Assembly (NCBI RefSeq): GCF_006345805.1
Contig: NC_043011.1
Span: forward strand, 47,256,464 to 47,320,463
Direction of reading: 5' to 3'
From: Octopus sinensis
Lineage: Eukaryota
Length of the DNA: 64,000 bases
Within the stretch, counting starts at the first letter, position 1; every line of letters begins with the position of its first letter. The notes below the pieces were generated by a model, which searched no databases, was not told the origin of the DNA, and saw nothing but the letters and a program-made list of their open reading frames with translations. The translations under genes and the position numbers were made by a program. Shown in pieces: positions 51,932 through 64,000 of this stretch.

Positions 51932-52497
51932 TTGGGTTGTCTGGAAAGTTCATGCCAATTTATAGTAGCTTACATTTCGACTTATTTTAGAACATGGTTG
52001 AGTCCATAAAATAGGATTTGACTACACCTCCATTTAGAGCACAGTTTAAGCTATCTTTTCGTTGAAGAAGGTTTATGTTCCTATAACCTGTGTTAATTAT
52101 GTAACCCCTTAAAATGGAAGATAAGAAAGTTCATTTTCGGCACTTGATGCTTTGGGACCCGGGCAAAAATTGCTGCAGCTCGGCTGGGATGTGTTATCCC
52201 ACTCTCCATATTCACCAGATATTGCTCCTTTGGATTTCCACTTATTCAGGTCTCTGCAGAATAGTCTTAATGGTAAAAATTTCCATTCCTTGGATGACGT
52301 AAAAAGATACCTTGATGAATTCTTTGCCATGAAACCACCACAATTCTGGGAAGAGGGTATTTTCAAGTTAAAGGAAAGATGGAGACACATTGTGCAACAA
52401 AATGGTTCATATTTGGTTGATTAAAAATGTAATGGCAAGTATTTATTGACCTTTCTCTTTCCTTTGAAAATCGGCACAAACTTTCCGGACAACCCAG
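51932..52497 (+). mobile_element. Internally deleted mariner element, 566 bp
   Basis: ~30-bp TIRs (ttgggttgtctggaaagttcatgccaattt, ~25/30) with TA on the right. N-terminal MEDKKVHFRHLMLW is joined to the C-terminal QKLLQLGWDVLSHSPYSPDIAPLDFHLFRSLQNSL...GSYLVD*. Confidence 0.92.
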
Positions 52498-54296
52498 TAA
52501 TATTAAACCTTTTCAAGGTAGTGAGCTGGTAGAATGCTATGTTTTGATAAATGCTTAGTGGCATTCTGAGTTCAAATGCCACCAGGGTCAACTTTACCTT
52601 TCATATTTTCAGGGTCAATAAAATAAGTACCATCTGAGTACTGGTGTCAATGTTATTGACTTAGCTGCCTCCCCTGAACTTGGTGGCCTTGTGTCAAAAT
52701 TTGAAACTAATACTGAGTCTATTCAATCAGAGCTGATCTGAGGCAGCAGCACCACCACCAAGAACGTGCCCGTCGCCATCATCTGTAACAACACTATGAT
52801 TCAAACCCTAAGTACTCATTTGATGTGCTAGTCGCAACAGTCAAACACCATTGAGTCATTTTCTACTGACTTAAGTCAGGAATGATACAAATGGACATAC
52901 AAAAAGAGACTGCAGATCTGTTTCACAAGAGCTGATCTCAGATCAAGCAACAGTGCAACCTGAATGTGTTAACTGAGCCTGCTAGAAATAGCAACCAAAT
53001 CTCATTCAAATCATACCCTAACATTTTAAAAATGTGAAGGATAAAATATTTCTAGAAATTTTTTTAAAAGTCAGGATGGTCACAGTTGGAGCTCATTTGA
53101 TCCTAGGTCTGATTGATCAACAGTTCACAGCATCAACAACGTTTATCTAAAATACTTTGTAAGATTTATATTTTAACTATTTGCTAAAAGGGAGGTGTGG
53201 CTTCTGTTAGTTTTATATACTTTTCCCCTTTTTAAATGTTCTACAAATATATTTTAAAATATTTTCCTGTAAATTTTTGAAACAAGTAATATTTTTTTTT
53301 TAACATTTAAAAAATAATTCTTTTGTTTCCTTGTCATTTATCAGTACGTGTGCAAATGTACATGCATGTGTTTGTATGTGTGTGACTATAACATGAAGGT
53401 ACCGCTTTACTTTCCCCTACTATGTCAGAAATACAAACACATACACATCAATATCCTCTCGTGTCTAGATTAATCCAGTCCAATCATGATTCTTTCTCTC
53501 ACAGTCTAAGGGACAGTTAAAAGATGCGGTATCTCTGTCTTCTCACAATACAACAAATATTATTGATCTTATCTTATATTTTCCTTCTCCACATTAGTTA
53601 CAAGAGGAATTTCACAGAAATGCGTAACTGGACATGAACAAGACACCAAACGTGGTTTCATTTACACAAACAAACAAATATGTACCGATACACAACAAAC
53701 ACACTGATACGTAATCACACTCAACCACACACTCACACACACAGAATTAAATGTGAATTCACTTAATTACACATACATTTATACCTTATACACACACATA
53801 GAAACAACAATATAAACAACAAAGTGAGTGAATGCGATGATGATGATGATGGTGGGGGTGTGGTTGGTAGTAGTGGTAGAGCTGGTTGGAAGAATGATAT
53901 CAAAGTGGAGTCCAGAATACTTGAAGTTGTTGGATTTTTCCACTTTTTATTGATTTCATGACTACTTGAGAATCTTAATTCAAGCCTCCCTCTATCCATG
54001 CAAACCTCCCACCTCACCGTCCACTCATCCATCCATCGATTTATTAAACTATCTATCAATCCATATATTGATATATTAATCTAGCTATATCTCACTTATT
54101 TATTTCCCCGTCACTCTCACTCTCCCCTGCTCATCATAATTATCTTTCTACTTTACTTTGTCCTCCTGTCTCCCCCTCAACATTTCTTAAGAGTTTACAG
54201 ATAGTCTATTGGAATTTCATAGTGTACCAGTTCCTGTTCCGTTTCTAACATTTGTACATGTAATTTACAGTAAAATCTTAAATCCTAATCTATCAC

Positions 54297-54353
54297 CTGG
54301 TCTTTGAGCACCTTCAGCAAAATCCATTGCTTAGAGAATTCAGGCCGGATTTC
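54297..54353 (-). CDS. Candidate internal exon (57 nt), protein unidentified
   Basis: Minus strand ctactgcttttcag|GAA...CAG|gtgata; phase 0 reads EIRPEFSKQWILLKVLKDQ and the other two frames are closed. Confidence 0.3.
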
Positions 54354-55076
54354 CTGAAAAGCAGTAGTTGGGACAAGGTCCAAGCTCCCTCAATAAAAAA
54401 TTTTCTCTTCGTGGTTACCTCTCAAACAAACTCTAACAACTAAACTCATCTACAGATCTTCTTGTGTGCCTTAGCATCTCAGTCCAATGGGACTATTTTT
54501 TTACTGATGATAGAAAGACAAAGATGGGTGCTGGTGTTGGTACCATAAAACTAGTGATTCAGGTGAAAATACAACTTGCCAGGTTAGGACAATATGGTAG
54601 CCCTTCTATTGCTGTTGGTTGTCTTGAAGCCATATCTATTCATGGGAAGGCATGTGGCCAGCTGTAAAAACCCTACCAAAACAGACACAGTAGGCTAGGA
54701 TAGTCTTCTACCTGGTCGGCTCCTGTCAAACCATCCAACTCATACCTGCATGGAAGGTGGGCATTAAATGATGATGATGATGATGATAATATATATGTAT
54801 ATATTAATGTGAGTGTGTCTTTGTGCCTATGTCTGTGTCCCTCACAACATCGCTTGACAACTGATGTTGGTGCGTTTATGTCTCATTGCTTAGCGGTTCA
54901 GCAAAAGAGACCTCTACAATAAGTACTAGGCTTCTAAAGAATAAGTCCTGGGTTCGATTTCTTCAACTAAAAAACCTTTAAGGCAGTGCACCTACATGGC
55001 TGCAGTTAGATGACTGAAACAAGAATAAAAGAATAAAAGAATAAGAAACATATATACGTAGGTAGGTGTATGGGGG

Positions 55077-55244
55077 ATAGGTGTAGGAGTGGGTATGTGG
55101 TAAGTAGCTTGCTTACCAACCACATGGTTCTGGGTTCAGTCCTACTGCATGGCACCTTGGGCAAGTGTCTTTTACTATAGCCTTGGGTCAACCAAAGCCT
55201 TGTGAGTGGATTTGGTAGACGGAAACTGAAAGAAGCCCGTCGTA

Positions 55245-55294
<50 letters not shown>

Positions 55295-55552
55295 TAGATA
55301 GATAGATTGATAGATATGTGTGTATGTGTGTGTATATATTTGTGTGTCTGTGTTTGTCCCCACCCAACATTGCATGACAACCAATGCTGGTGTGTTTATA
55401 TGCCCGTAACTTAGCGTTTCAGCAAAAGAGACTGATAGAATAAGTACTAAGCTTATAAACAATAAGTCCTGGGGTCGATTTGCTCGACTAAAGGCGGTGC
55501 TCTAGCATGGCCGCAGTCAAATGACTGAAACAAGTGAAAGAGTAAAAGAGTA
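55077..55552 (+). mobile_element. Full-length CORE-type SINE
   Basis: Complete head, CORE, (TA)n linker and tail. Confidence 0.9.
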
Positions 55553-56129
55553 CATACATACATACATACACACACACATGCATTCACAAACAAAACAGGC
55601 TTCTGCACAGCGTCTGTCTACCAAATTCCAACGCACTTTCACGCATATTGTACAAATTTAGACAAATATGTTTATTAATGAAGAGTCTAACAAATCAAAG
55701 AACGAATAATGACGTTTATAGAGTGATACAAATTGTATAAAGTTCAAAACACTGAACGATAAATGCTTCAAAGGTAAAAGTTTTGCATTCTATATGACAG
55801 AAATGTGGTTGATTGAATCAACAAAATCTGTTGGTACATGTGTTTCAATGTATATCTGGCAAGCAAACCACAAGAGAGGCACATTTCAGATGTCTCTGAT
55901 AGTAATCAGGAAAGAAAAATGCTAACTGCTTTACTACAGTATCGGAAAAGACAGTGAGAATGTGCCTCTGCAGGAGGAAGAAGTTTGCTACCCAACTACA
56001 TGGTTCTGGGTTCAGTCCCACTGCATGGCACTCTGGACAAGTATCTTCTATTATAGCCTTGTGAGTGGATTTGGTTGACAGACACTGAAAAAAACCTATC
56101 ATGTGTGTGTCTGTGTGTGTATTTATAGT

Positions 56130-56507
56130 GGAGATGCAATGGCCCAGTGGTTAGGGCAGTGGATTCACGGCCATAAGAATGCGGTTTTGATTCCCAGACT
56201 GGGTGTTGTGAGTGTTTATTGAACGAAAACACCTAAAGCTTCACGAGGCTCTGGCGGGGGGGGGGGGATCCCTACTGTACTCTTTCACCACAACTTTCTC
56301 CCACTCTTTCTTCCTGTTTCTGTTGTACCTGTACTTCAAAGGGACCAGTCTTGTCACACTCTGTATTATGCTGAATCTCCCTGAGAACTGCATTAAGGGT
56401 GCACGTGTCTGTAGAGGGCTCAGTGACTTGTACGTTAATTTCATCAGCAGGCTGTTCCGTTGATCAGACCAACTGGATCCCTCATCATCGTGACCGACAG
56501 AGTGCCA
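56130..56507 (+). mobile_element. tRNA-head SINE
   Basis: ggagatgcaatggcccagtggttagggcag...; collinear with 60643-60974. Confidence 0.85.
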
Positions 56508-57959
56508 TGATATATGTGTGTGTGCGTGTCTGTCCCCAACTACCGCTTGACAACTAGTGTTGGTATAAACTAGTGGTTCAGCAAAAGAGACTGACAGAAT
56601 AAATACCAGGCTAAAAGAAAGAAAAATACTTGGGTCAGTTCGTTCAACTAAAATTCTTCAAGTTAGTGTCCCAGGTTGGATGCAGTCTAATGACTGGAGC
56701 AAAAAGAAAAAAAGTAAAAAATATAAATTAATTTAATAATAATACTTTTAAGCAGTAGATCTGCAAAACTGTTCAGGCAACAGACTACAATATGCTTATG
56801 TATTTATCTAAGGCTTTTTATGTTCTGAGTTCAAATCCTACCAAATCCATTCTCTCTGTCTTGCTTCTGGCATTTAACTATATGCTTTCCTTGAAATTTG
56901 AGGACCTGTGCCTATATCAGAAATCAATATTAATTTCCATGTTAGATAGATTTCATTTGTTTCTTAGCAAATCAATCAAATTTCCTAAATTATCTGATCT
57001 AAAACATCTTTCAAGTCATGTGTAAATTCGACTCGTGCTTTGATTATCGGCAAATTCTTTCATTAGGACAACATTCACAACATATTCTTGCTCTCAAATC
57101 AAACAAATCAAAAAAGCCATGCTTGTCACACAAAAAACTTTCCTTATTTCTTAAAGCTTTCATCAAATGCACACATACGCATGCACATCCAAGAAAACAC
57201 ACACACACACACACGAAAAAAAAATCTTTTTAACTAAATTAAATTAATCTAATTTACATCTTTTCTCAGTTTTCTCCTCTCTTAATATATTTTCTTAATT
57301 CTCTTCCTGGATTTAAACCAAACAGTTCGTTCTTTTTTTCACTTGCCAAATTCTATAATTATATTGCCCGATTTGTTTTTTCTTTCTTTGCTATTTTTTT
57401 GAAGTTCAGTGCTGATTATATTAGCATATGTATTTTACTAACTGATTTATGGGTAAGAAACATTATATGTGTGTTTGTGCTTGCTATTGTGTATGTATAT
57501 GATAATATGGATCTATGCATTCATACACAAATATGCAAACGTCAATCTTGCACATAAAGTATGCATATATACATCTATAAACACAGTATGCATTAGAAGA
57601 TCAGTGTGTGTTGAATATGTTAGCAATAAGGGCTTTCTCTGTCAATAACTGCCACACTATATGAATTTTGTTAAAGAAGAGTGAATCTACATGTTAATAA
57701 GAAAACTAGCTCTGGATCTGGGAGAACTACAGAGGCTGAGAAGATTATGATGAAGATTATTTGTAAATGAGACAAATATGCTGAACAACGTGCACAGATA
57801 GATTAAGGTTTTGATTTCTGACCAGGGAATGCATTGTATTCCTGAGCAAATTTCATGTTGCTTTTCAGTTACTTCAACATCTGACACACATGTATTTATA
57901 TATATATAAATAAAACCTTCGAACAGAGACGATCAGTGGCGACACCTGCTGGGTCGACT

Positions 57960-58007
57960 ACACTACATTGACAAAGGCCAAATACCCTGAAACGCGTCTG
58001 TAGCTGT
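57960..58007 (+). ncRNA. Minimal type I hammerhead motif, core-mutated (UUGACAA)
   Basis: aca-ctaca-TTGACAA-agg(ccaaatac)cct-GAAA-cgcg-T-C-tgtag-c-tgt; ACGCGT palindrome in stem III. Confidence 0.6.
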
Positions 58008-58427
58008 CTGACTGGCAGTGTGAAGCGGCTGACCTCCCTTGTTCGAAGGTTATAATGGACACAGTTCGTGTGTCAAATAGCTATCTTAAGGCGATGGCCT
58101 CATGGAGCTAATCAGCGACAGCTTTTAGTCTTATATCTATAAGACTGCCATATTAATATGGCGATAACAATTAATTTCCAGTAACGCTGCTGTAATCTCT
58201 TTTAGAGAGACTTAGTAATTTTAATATTTCTATTATATATATATATATATATAATATCATCAGCATTTAACATATGTTGTCCATGGGTTTGACGGTTGGA
58301 CCAGGGCTGGTAAGCTGGAGAGCTGCACCAGGCTCAAGTCAAAACATTAGGTATTGAACCAGTAATTCTTGGGATGATACCATCTCTACATGAGGCTAAC
58401 ATAACCTCTAATTGCATATATATATAT

Positions 58428-58459
<32 letters not shown>

Positions 58460-58930
58460 AGAAAGAGAGTGAGGGAGAGACATATATATATATATATATA
58501 TATACAGATACAGAAAGGTGTGAAAATATAAAAAAGAGGAAGCATAAATGAGAGTGAGAGAGAGAAAAAAAAATGAAAACTGGCGGAAATCCTTAAAACC
58601 CGCCACTACCATCACTACCACCATCATCACACAAAGGTCTTCATCTATATAATTTCTTTTGTTTCTTTCAATCCTATTTACAAACCTTACATTAAAATTG
58701 AGACAAAATTGGAAGAAGTGACTTAAACATTGATTCTCTGGAAATTTCTACATCAACAGGAAAACTAACGACAAAAATAAAGAAAAATAATAACCAGCAA
58801 CAACCAGAGAGCAAACTAAATATTCATTTGCTTCCATTTTGCATTCATAAATTTTTCTTTTGTCATAAAAATATATTTCCTTGGGAGAGAATGGGCTGGA
58901 TGGGGGATACCAGAGAGTAGACAGACAGAA

Positions 58931-59141
58931 AGATAGGGAGGAGGAGGAGGAGGAGAAGAAGAAGAGGAAGGAGGAGGAGGGGAGGAAGAGGAAGAAGAAC
59001 AATAATAATAGTAACAATAATAATAATAACAAGGAGAAGAAGAAGAAGAAGAAAAGAAGAAGAAGAAGAAAAGAAGAAGATGGAGGAGGAGGAGGGAGGA
59101 AGAATAAGTAGAACAATAATAATAATAACAATAATAAAAAC

Positions 59142-59182
<41 letters not shown>

Positions 59183-59194
59183 TAATAATAATAA

Positions 59195-59232
<38 letters not shown>

Positions 59233-59290
59233 ATAATAATAATAATAATAATAAGAAGAAGAAGAAGAAGAAGAAGAAGAAAATAGTGAA
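58931..59290. repeat. Purine-strand compound repeat (GGA)n/(GAA)n/(AAT)n/(AGT)n
   Basis: Directly visible. Confidence 0.95.
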
Positions 59291-60642
59291 GAAAGGAGCA
59301 AAGTAGAGAGATTAAAAGGAGAGAAAGTGAGAAAGAAATTTTTTAAAACACCAGGAAAATTTTACTTCCTTTATTAAAATCCATTGATTTTTATCTCTGT
59401 TTTTCCTCCTCTCCCTCTTCACCTTCACCTTTATTCTGCTTCGAACAATATAAATTTTATAAATAATATCAAAGTCTTTTGAGCCAATGAAACACACTGC
59501 ATGAGCTTAAATTGTCAGACCATTTTGTTCCACCATTTATATTGTTTCTAACTTTGCAACAGATTTACAGATTTCACATGCTTAACAATTTATCTTCTTT
59601 TTTATATATATACATTTTTTCCTTTATCCTTTTGCTTGTTCATATACGGTCATACTTTTAATATTTTGCATATATTTAGTTAAAATGCATGGGTTCTGTG
59701 TATACCTGTTCGTTTGTAATTTTGTAATTTTGTTTGCTTTTTTTAAAGCCTAGTCAAAAAGAAAAGGGCAATGTTTTTGTGCTCTATAACAGAGGTCCCA
59801 TCCACTAGGTTGCAGACTAGTACTGGTCTGTGGATCATTTGCTACTAGGCTGCAAAGAAATAGGCTGGGCTTTCTGCAGTGACAACAACCAAAACAAAAT
59901 TATGAAGCAGACTAGACACATGGGATACACTTCGAGTGTCAATGTCTTCCATCACTCCCAAATGGGACTGTCTAGTTGCAGGGTGTTGTGTGGATGCCCC
60001 CAGACGATGAAGTAGACTAGCCCAATATGTAGATATAGAGGGAGAAGTCTAGACGTCAGACAGAGTGCGGCTGAGCAGAGCAGCAGTCAGTAGACCAGAG
60101 TTGAGTAGCAGAGAGAGCAGAGTTGAGTAGAGGCATCCGAACATGTGACATAACACAGGGAAACAAACTCAGAGTTCACACTGATTCTACTTTATGGTTA
60201 GTTGACATTGATAGTGTAATAAGTATTGATTCAGGAAAACTAAGCACACAAGTGTGTGGCCAGGCTGGAGTACAGAAATGAGAATTAAATGATTATACAC
60301 TTTTTCTTCCCTTTAATACATTGTTCTTACGTAACGGCAGACGAAATATGGCTAAGCATTTCGCCCTGCATGCTACCGTTTCTGCCAGCTCGCCACCTCT
60401 ATAACATATCTGAAATGGTTAAGAGTGAAAAACCAGCAAGTTACTGCTTAGAGGAGTGAAAACGAAGAGATATAGATTGCTGAAGCACTGGACAGAAAGA
60501 AAGAAAGAAAAATACAGATCAGTACATTGCTGGTGGGGTGAGTATACAAAGTAGAGAGGAAGAGAGACTTGTGAGTTGTATAGGTATGGATAGAGATGGT
60601 ATGCAACTAGCTCTTCTGAATAGTAGAGGCCATTGCAGTAGT

Positions 60643-60974
60643 GGAGGCGCAATGGACCAGTGGTTAGGGCAGCGGACTCGCGGTCGTAGGATCGCGGTTT
60701 CGATTCCCAGACTGAGGCTCCAGCAGGGGATGGTGGTGATCCCTGCTGTGCTCTTTCACCACAACTTTCTCTCACTCTTACTTCCTGTTTCTGTTGTACC
60801 TGTATTTCAAAGGGCCGGCCTTGTCACTCTCTGTGTCACGCTGAATATCCCCGGAACTACGTTAAGGGTGCATGTGTCTGTGGAATGCTCAGCCACTTAC
60901 ACGTTAATTTCACGAGCAGGCTGTTCCGTTGATCAGATCAACCGGAACCCTCGTCGTCGTAACCGACGGAGTGC
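60643..60974 (+). mobile_element. tRNA-head SINE, CpG-rich copy
   Basis: A box tggaccagtgg and B-like box ggtttcgattccc; lacks ~40 nt present after the head in the 35238 and 56130 copies. Confidence 0.85.
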
Positions 60975-62174
60975 TTCGATCCATTGCAGTAACAGAATTA
61001 GACAGAGAGAGGTGATGGAATATCTGTGATTCAAAGGTTGCATGGCATTAGTGAATGAGTTATTACAAATTAATCAACCTTTTCTGGGATGTGGTTTTAA
61101 ATGTTTGTGTGCAGCAGATCCCACTATTCCAGATGTATGATTAGTACTCCATTGTAGGTTTTTCTTGGGGTGTATTTTTTGTGTAGTAATAGTTGTAACT
61201 GTTACTCCATTCTGACCTGAACATCCAAGGATGCGGAGTTCAAAATACGAAGACAGCAGTGTAAGTTAACAAGATACAATCTCCTTAACTCCCACTGGTT
61301 AAACTTCCACTGAGTACAAACTGGCAAAAAAATATTCCTGATCCCCAAGAGAGCCCTTTTTCTTTACTACATTTCTTTCCCTCTAAAACATATTTCTGCT
61401 GTTTGCCTGGAATGTCATGAAAAGAGAAGGCATTACCACCTAGAGGAAATATTGCAGTAAACATTTTTACTATATGAAAATTTGCTGTAAAAAATTTCGT
61501 TTTAAATGGCCTCGTCATGTTTTTATAATTGATGCTGAACAAAGAGTTGCCTATTTTATGCTTTTATAAAACCCTTACTTATTCATTTTTTGTATTTTAT
61601 AAAATGCTGATACACTCATAGCGAATTTGCCTGACAGCAAAATTTCTTTTTTGTGAATTTTCCTGATACGGCAGCCTACCAAGCTCTCACCCATCTTCTA
61701 AATAGCATGATACACCTGCTGGTTTGCCAGTCCTCAGTCAAACCGTCCAACCCATGCTAGCATGGAAAGTGGACGTTAAATGATGATGATGGAAAAAAAA
61801 GTTTCAAAAGTACTTGGGGCAAAGATATAACAAACAAATTCATAGTCTAAGTGATATTGTGAAGAGCCTTAACATGCAGCATGTTATGTGTAGATATCTG
61901 TTCTTTATTTCTCATCACTGTAAAGATATCTCAGATCCTCAATGATAACCATGATATCACAATGACGACTGTGATGTAATATCCTGTTTTCTCCTATTAT
62001 ATACATTTCATGAATGTAATACTATTCACCATCAAATACTTCATATTTCTCTCCATATATATCTATATATACACACACATGTACATAAACATATATACAT
62101 TAACATGCAGATACATACATGTACTTATATATATATATGTATATATATAATATACTTGAATATATATATATATT

Positions 62175-62475
62175 CAGGTGCAGGAATGGCTGTGTGGTAA
62201 GTAGCTTGCTTACCAACCACATGGTTCCGGGTTCGGTCCCACTGCATGGCACCTTGGGCAAGTGTCTTCTACTATAGCCTTGGGCTGACCAAAGCCTTGG
62301 GGGTGGATTTGGTAGACGGAAACTAAAGGGAGCCTGTCGTATAAATATATGTATGTGTGTATGTATATGTTTGTCCCCCAAATCACTTGACAACCAATGG
62401 TGGTGTGATTATGTCCCTGTAATTTATCAATTCGGCAATAAGTACTAGGCTTACAAAGAATAAGTCCTGGGTTCG
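62175..62475 (+). mobile_element. CORE-type SINE, 3'-degraded
   Basis: caggtgcaggaatggctgtgtggtaagtagc...gcaccttgggcaagtgtcttctactatagcc. Confidence 0.85.
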
Positions 62476-62899
62476 ATATATATATATATATTTATATATT
62501 TAAGCTGCAGACTTTTGACTTTGGTCATCTAAAGGTGCACATGTAGATAGCTATTGTTGAGTCATATTAATACAATACTGTGTATAATATATACAACATT
62601 TATCAATAAAATTTGATAATGATGTGTTGAAAGAATTCTAGTGATATGAAATAAAGCCTGTTCAATCCATATTCAAATTTTTTTTTATTACACTATGGAT
62701 ATATGTAACAGTATAACATTTGTTAGCCAATACCTGAAAGGGAACTTTGTAAAGCACATTATGAGGTTATCACACAGATTACACACACACATAAGTATAT
62801 ATGTGTATAAAGTTAATCCAAACAAGAAAGCACAACAATGCGAGGATGTGGAACAAATATAGTATTATTGCACGGTCAGGAAAGAAGGAAAGAAGGAGG

Positions 62900-62934
62900 G
62901 TTTAACGTTTCGAGCGGAGCTCTTCGTCGGAAAC
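62900..62934 (-). ncRNA. Minimal type I hammerhead motif, U4C core variant
   Basis: Minus strand gttt-CCGACGA-a-gagc(tcc)gctc-GAAA-cg-T-T-aaac; ACGT palindrome intact. Confidence 0.65.
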
Positions 62935-63020
62935 ACAGGAGAAGGAAAGATCCAGAGAAGGGAAGACAGAGGAAAAAAAATCGCCAATGGTACACACGCG
63001 GTCACATTTTGAATATGTGT

Positions 63021-63065
<45 letters not shown>

Positions 63066-63430
63066 ACACACACACACACATATACACTTATATACACACA
63101 CTCATATATACACATGCATATATATATACACACACACATGCTCATATACATTTATCTAGATATATACTCATATGCACATGCAAACACACACACACACATA
63201 CATGTTTGTGAGTGTTTTATGTGGGTGTTGCTCGGTTGGGTTGGATACATGGGTAGATTGATGAGTGAGTGTGTATATTTGAATAAATATAAAACCAATG
63301 ATTAAACATACAGAAATACACAGATGCATGTGCATACATGAAACATCATATTCATGCACACACATATGCATACTTCCATTTCTAACATCTTTGTTTGAAT
63401 GAGTGCTTTTATTTCTGATTGTATGCATGA

Positions 63431-63487
<57 letters not shown>

Positions 63488-63502
63488 CACACACATGTAC
63501 AA

Positions 63503-63541
<39 letters not shown>

Positions 63542-63590
63542 CATATAAACACACACACATGTACAAACATATATATATATGCATACAAAC

Positions 63591-63629
<39 letters not shown>

Positions 63630-63902
63630 TACATACAAACATATATATATATACATACAAACATACATATATATATATATATATATACATACAAACATAC
63701 ATATATATATATATACATACAAGCATACATACATATATATACATACAAATATACATATATATATATATACATACAAATATACATATATATATATATACAT
63801 ACAAATATACATGTGTGTATATATATATATATATATATACAAACATACATATATATATATATATATATATACATACAAACATACGTGTGTATATATATAT
63901 GC

Positions 63903-63940
<38 letters not shown>

Positions 63941-64000
63941 TTGCACTCATACATACTGTTATACACATTTGCCCACACAAAACATGCATGTATTTGTTTG

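Noticed and set aside
57679-57766. Peptide TSSGSGRTTEAEKIMMKII resembling the myosin P-loop region
   Set aside because: Lacks the GESGxGKT consensus (no Lys, extra residue), has a weak acceptor, and no other myosin exons were found.
60027-60149. TG...CA bounded purine-rich segment resembling a solo LTR
   Set aside because: No target-site duplication, no second copy, and no PBS or PPT visible.
60643-60712. tRNA-like sequence (also 35240, 56130, 3590-3657)
   Set aside because: No complete cloverleaf, since the acceptor stem does not close; each continues into SINE body, so these are SINE heads.

Overview
AT-rich, microsatellite-dense, repeat-dominated eukaryotic DNA. The composition and the tRNA-derived CORE-type SINE families suggest a coleoid cephalopod, most likely Octopus (inference, not verified). 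No complete protein-coding gene is recognisable. Most of the ORF track is translated (TA)n/(CA)n/(ATC)n repeats; the real coding remnants are CR1 and RTE LINE fragments and two decayed Tc1/mariner transposases. Only two isolated splice-site-bounded candidate exons (30132-30245 +, 54297-54353 -) hint at host genes. The strongest unexplained signal is a set of type I hammerhead ribozyme (HHR) motifs from several unrelated sequence families. Three have an intact catalytic core (32327-32363 +, 34020-34106 +, 36714-36774 -), three or four are point-mutated, and two are half motifs. Several sit at the junction of head-to-head fold-back repeats inside (TA)n tracts, as expected for Penelope-like or retrozyme remnants. 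The window also has a pri-miRNA-like hairpin in unique sequence (29776-29850), a perfect 41-bp hairpin made by template switching inside a SINE, a ~400-bp inverted SINE pair, a minisatellite born inside a SINE, and several local duplications. All calls are by eye; no searches or folding programs were run, and SINE boundaries are approximate.
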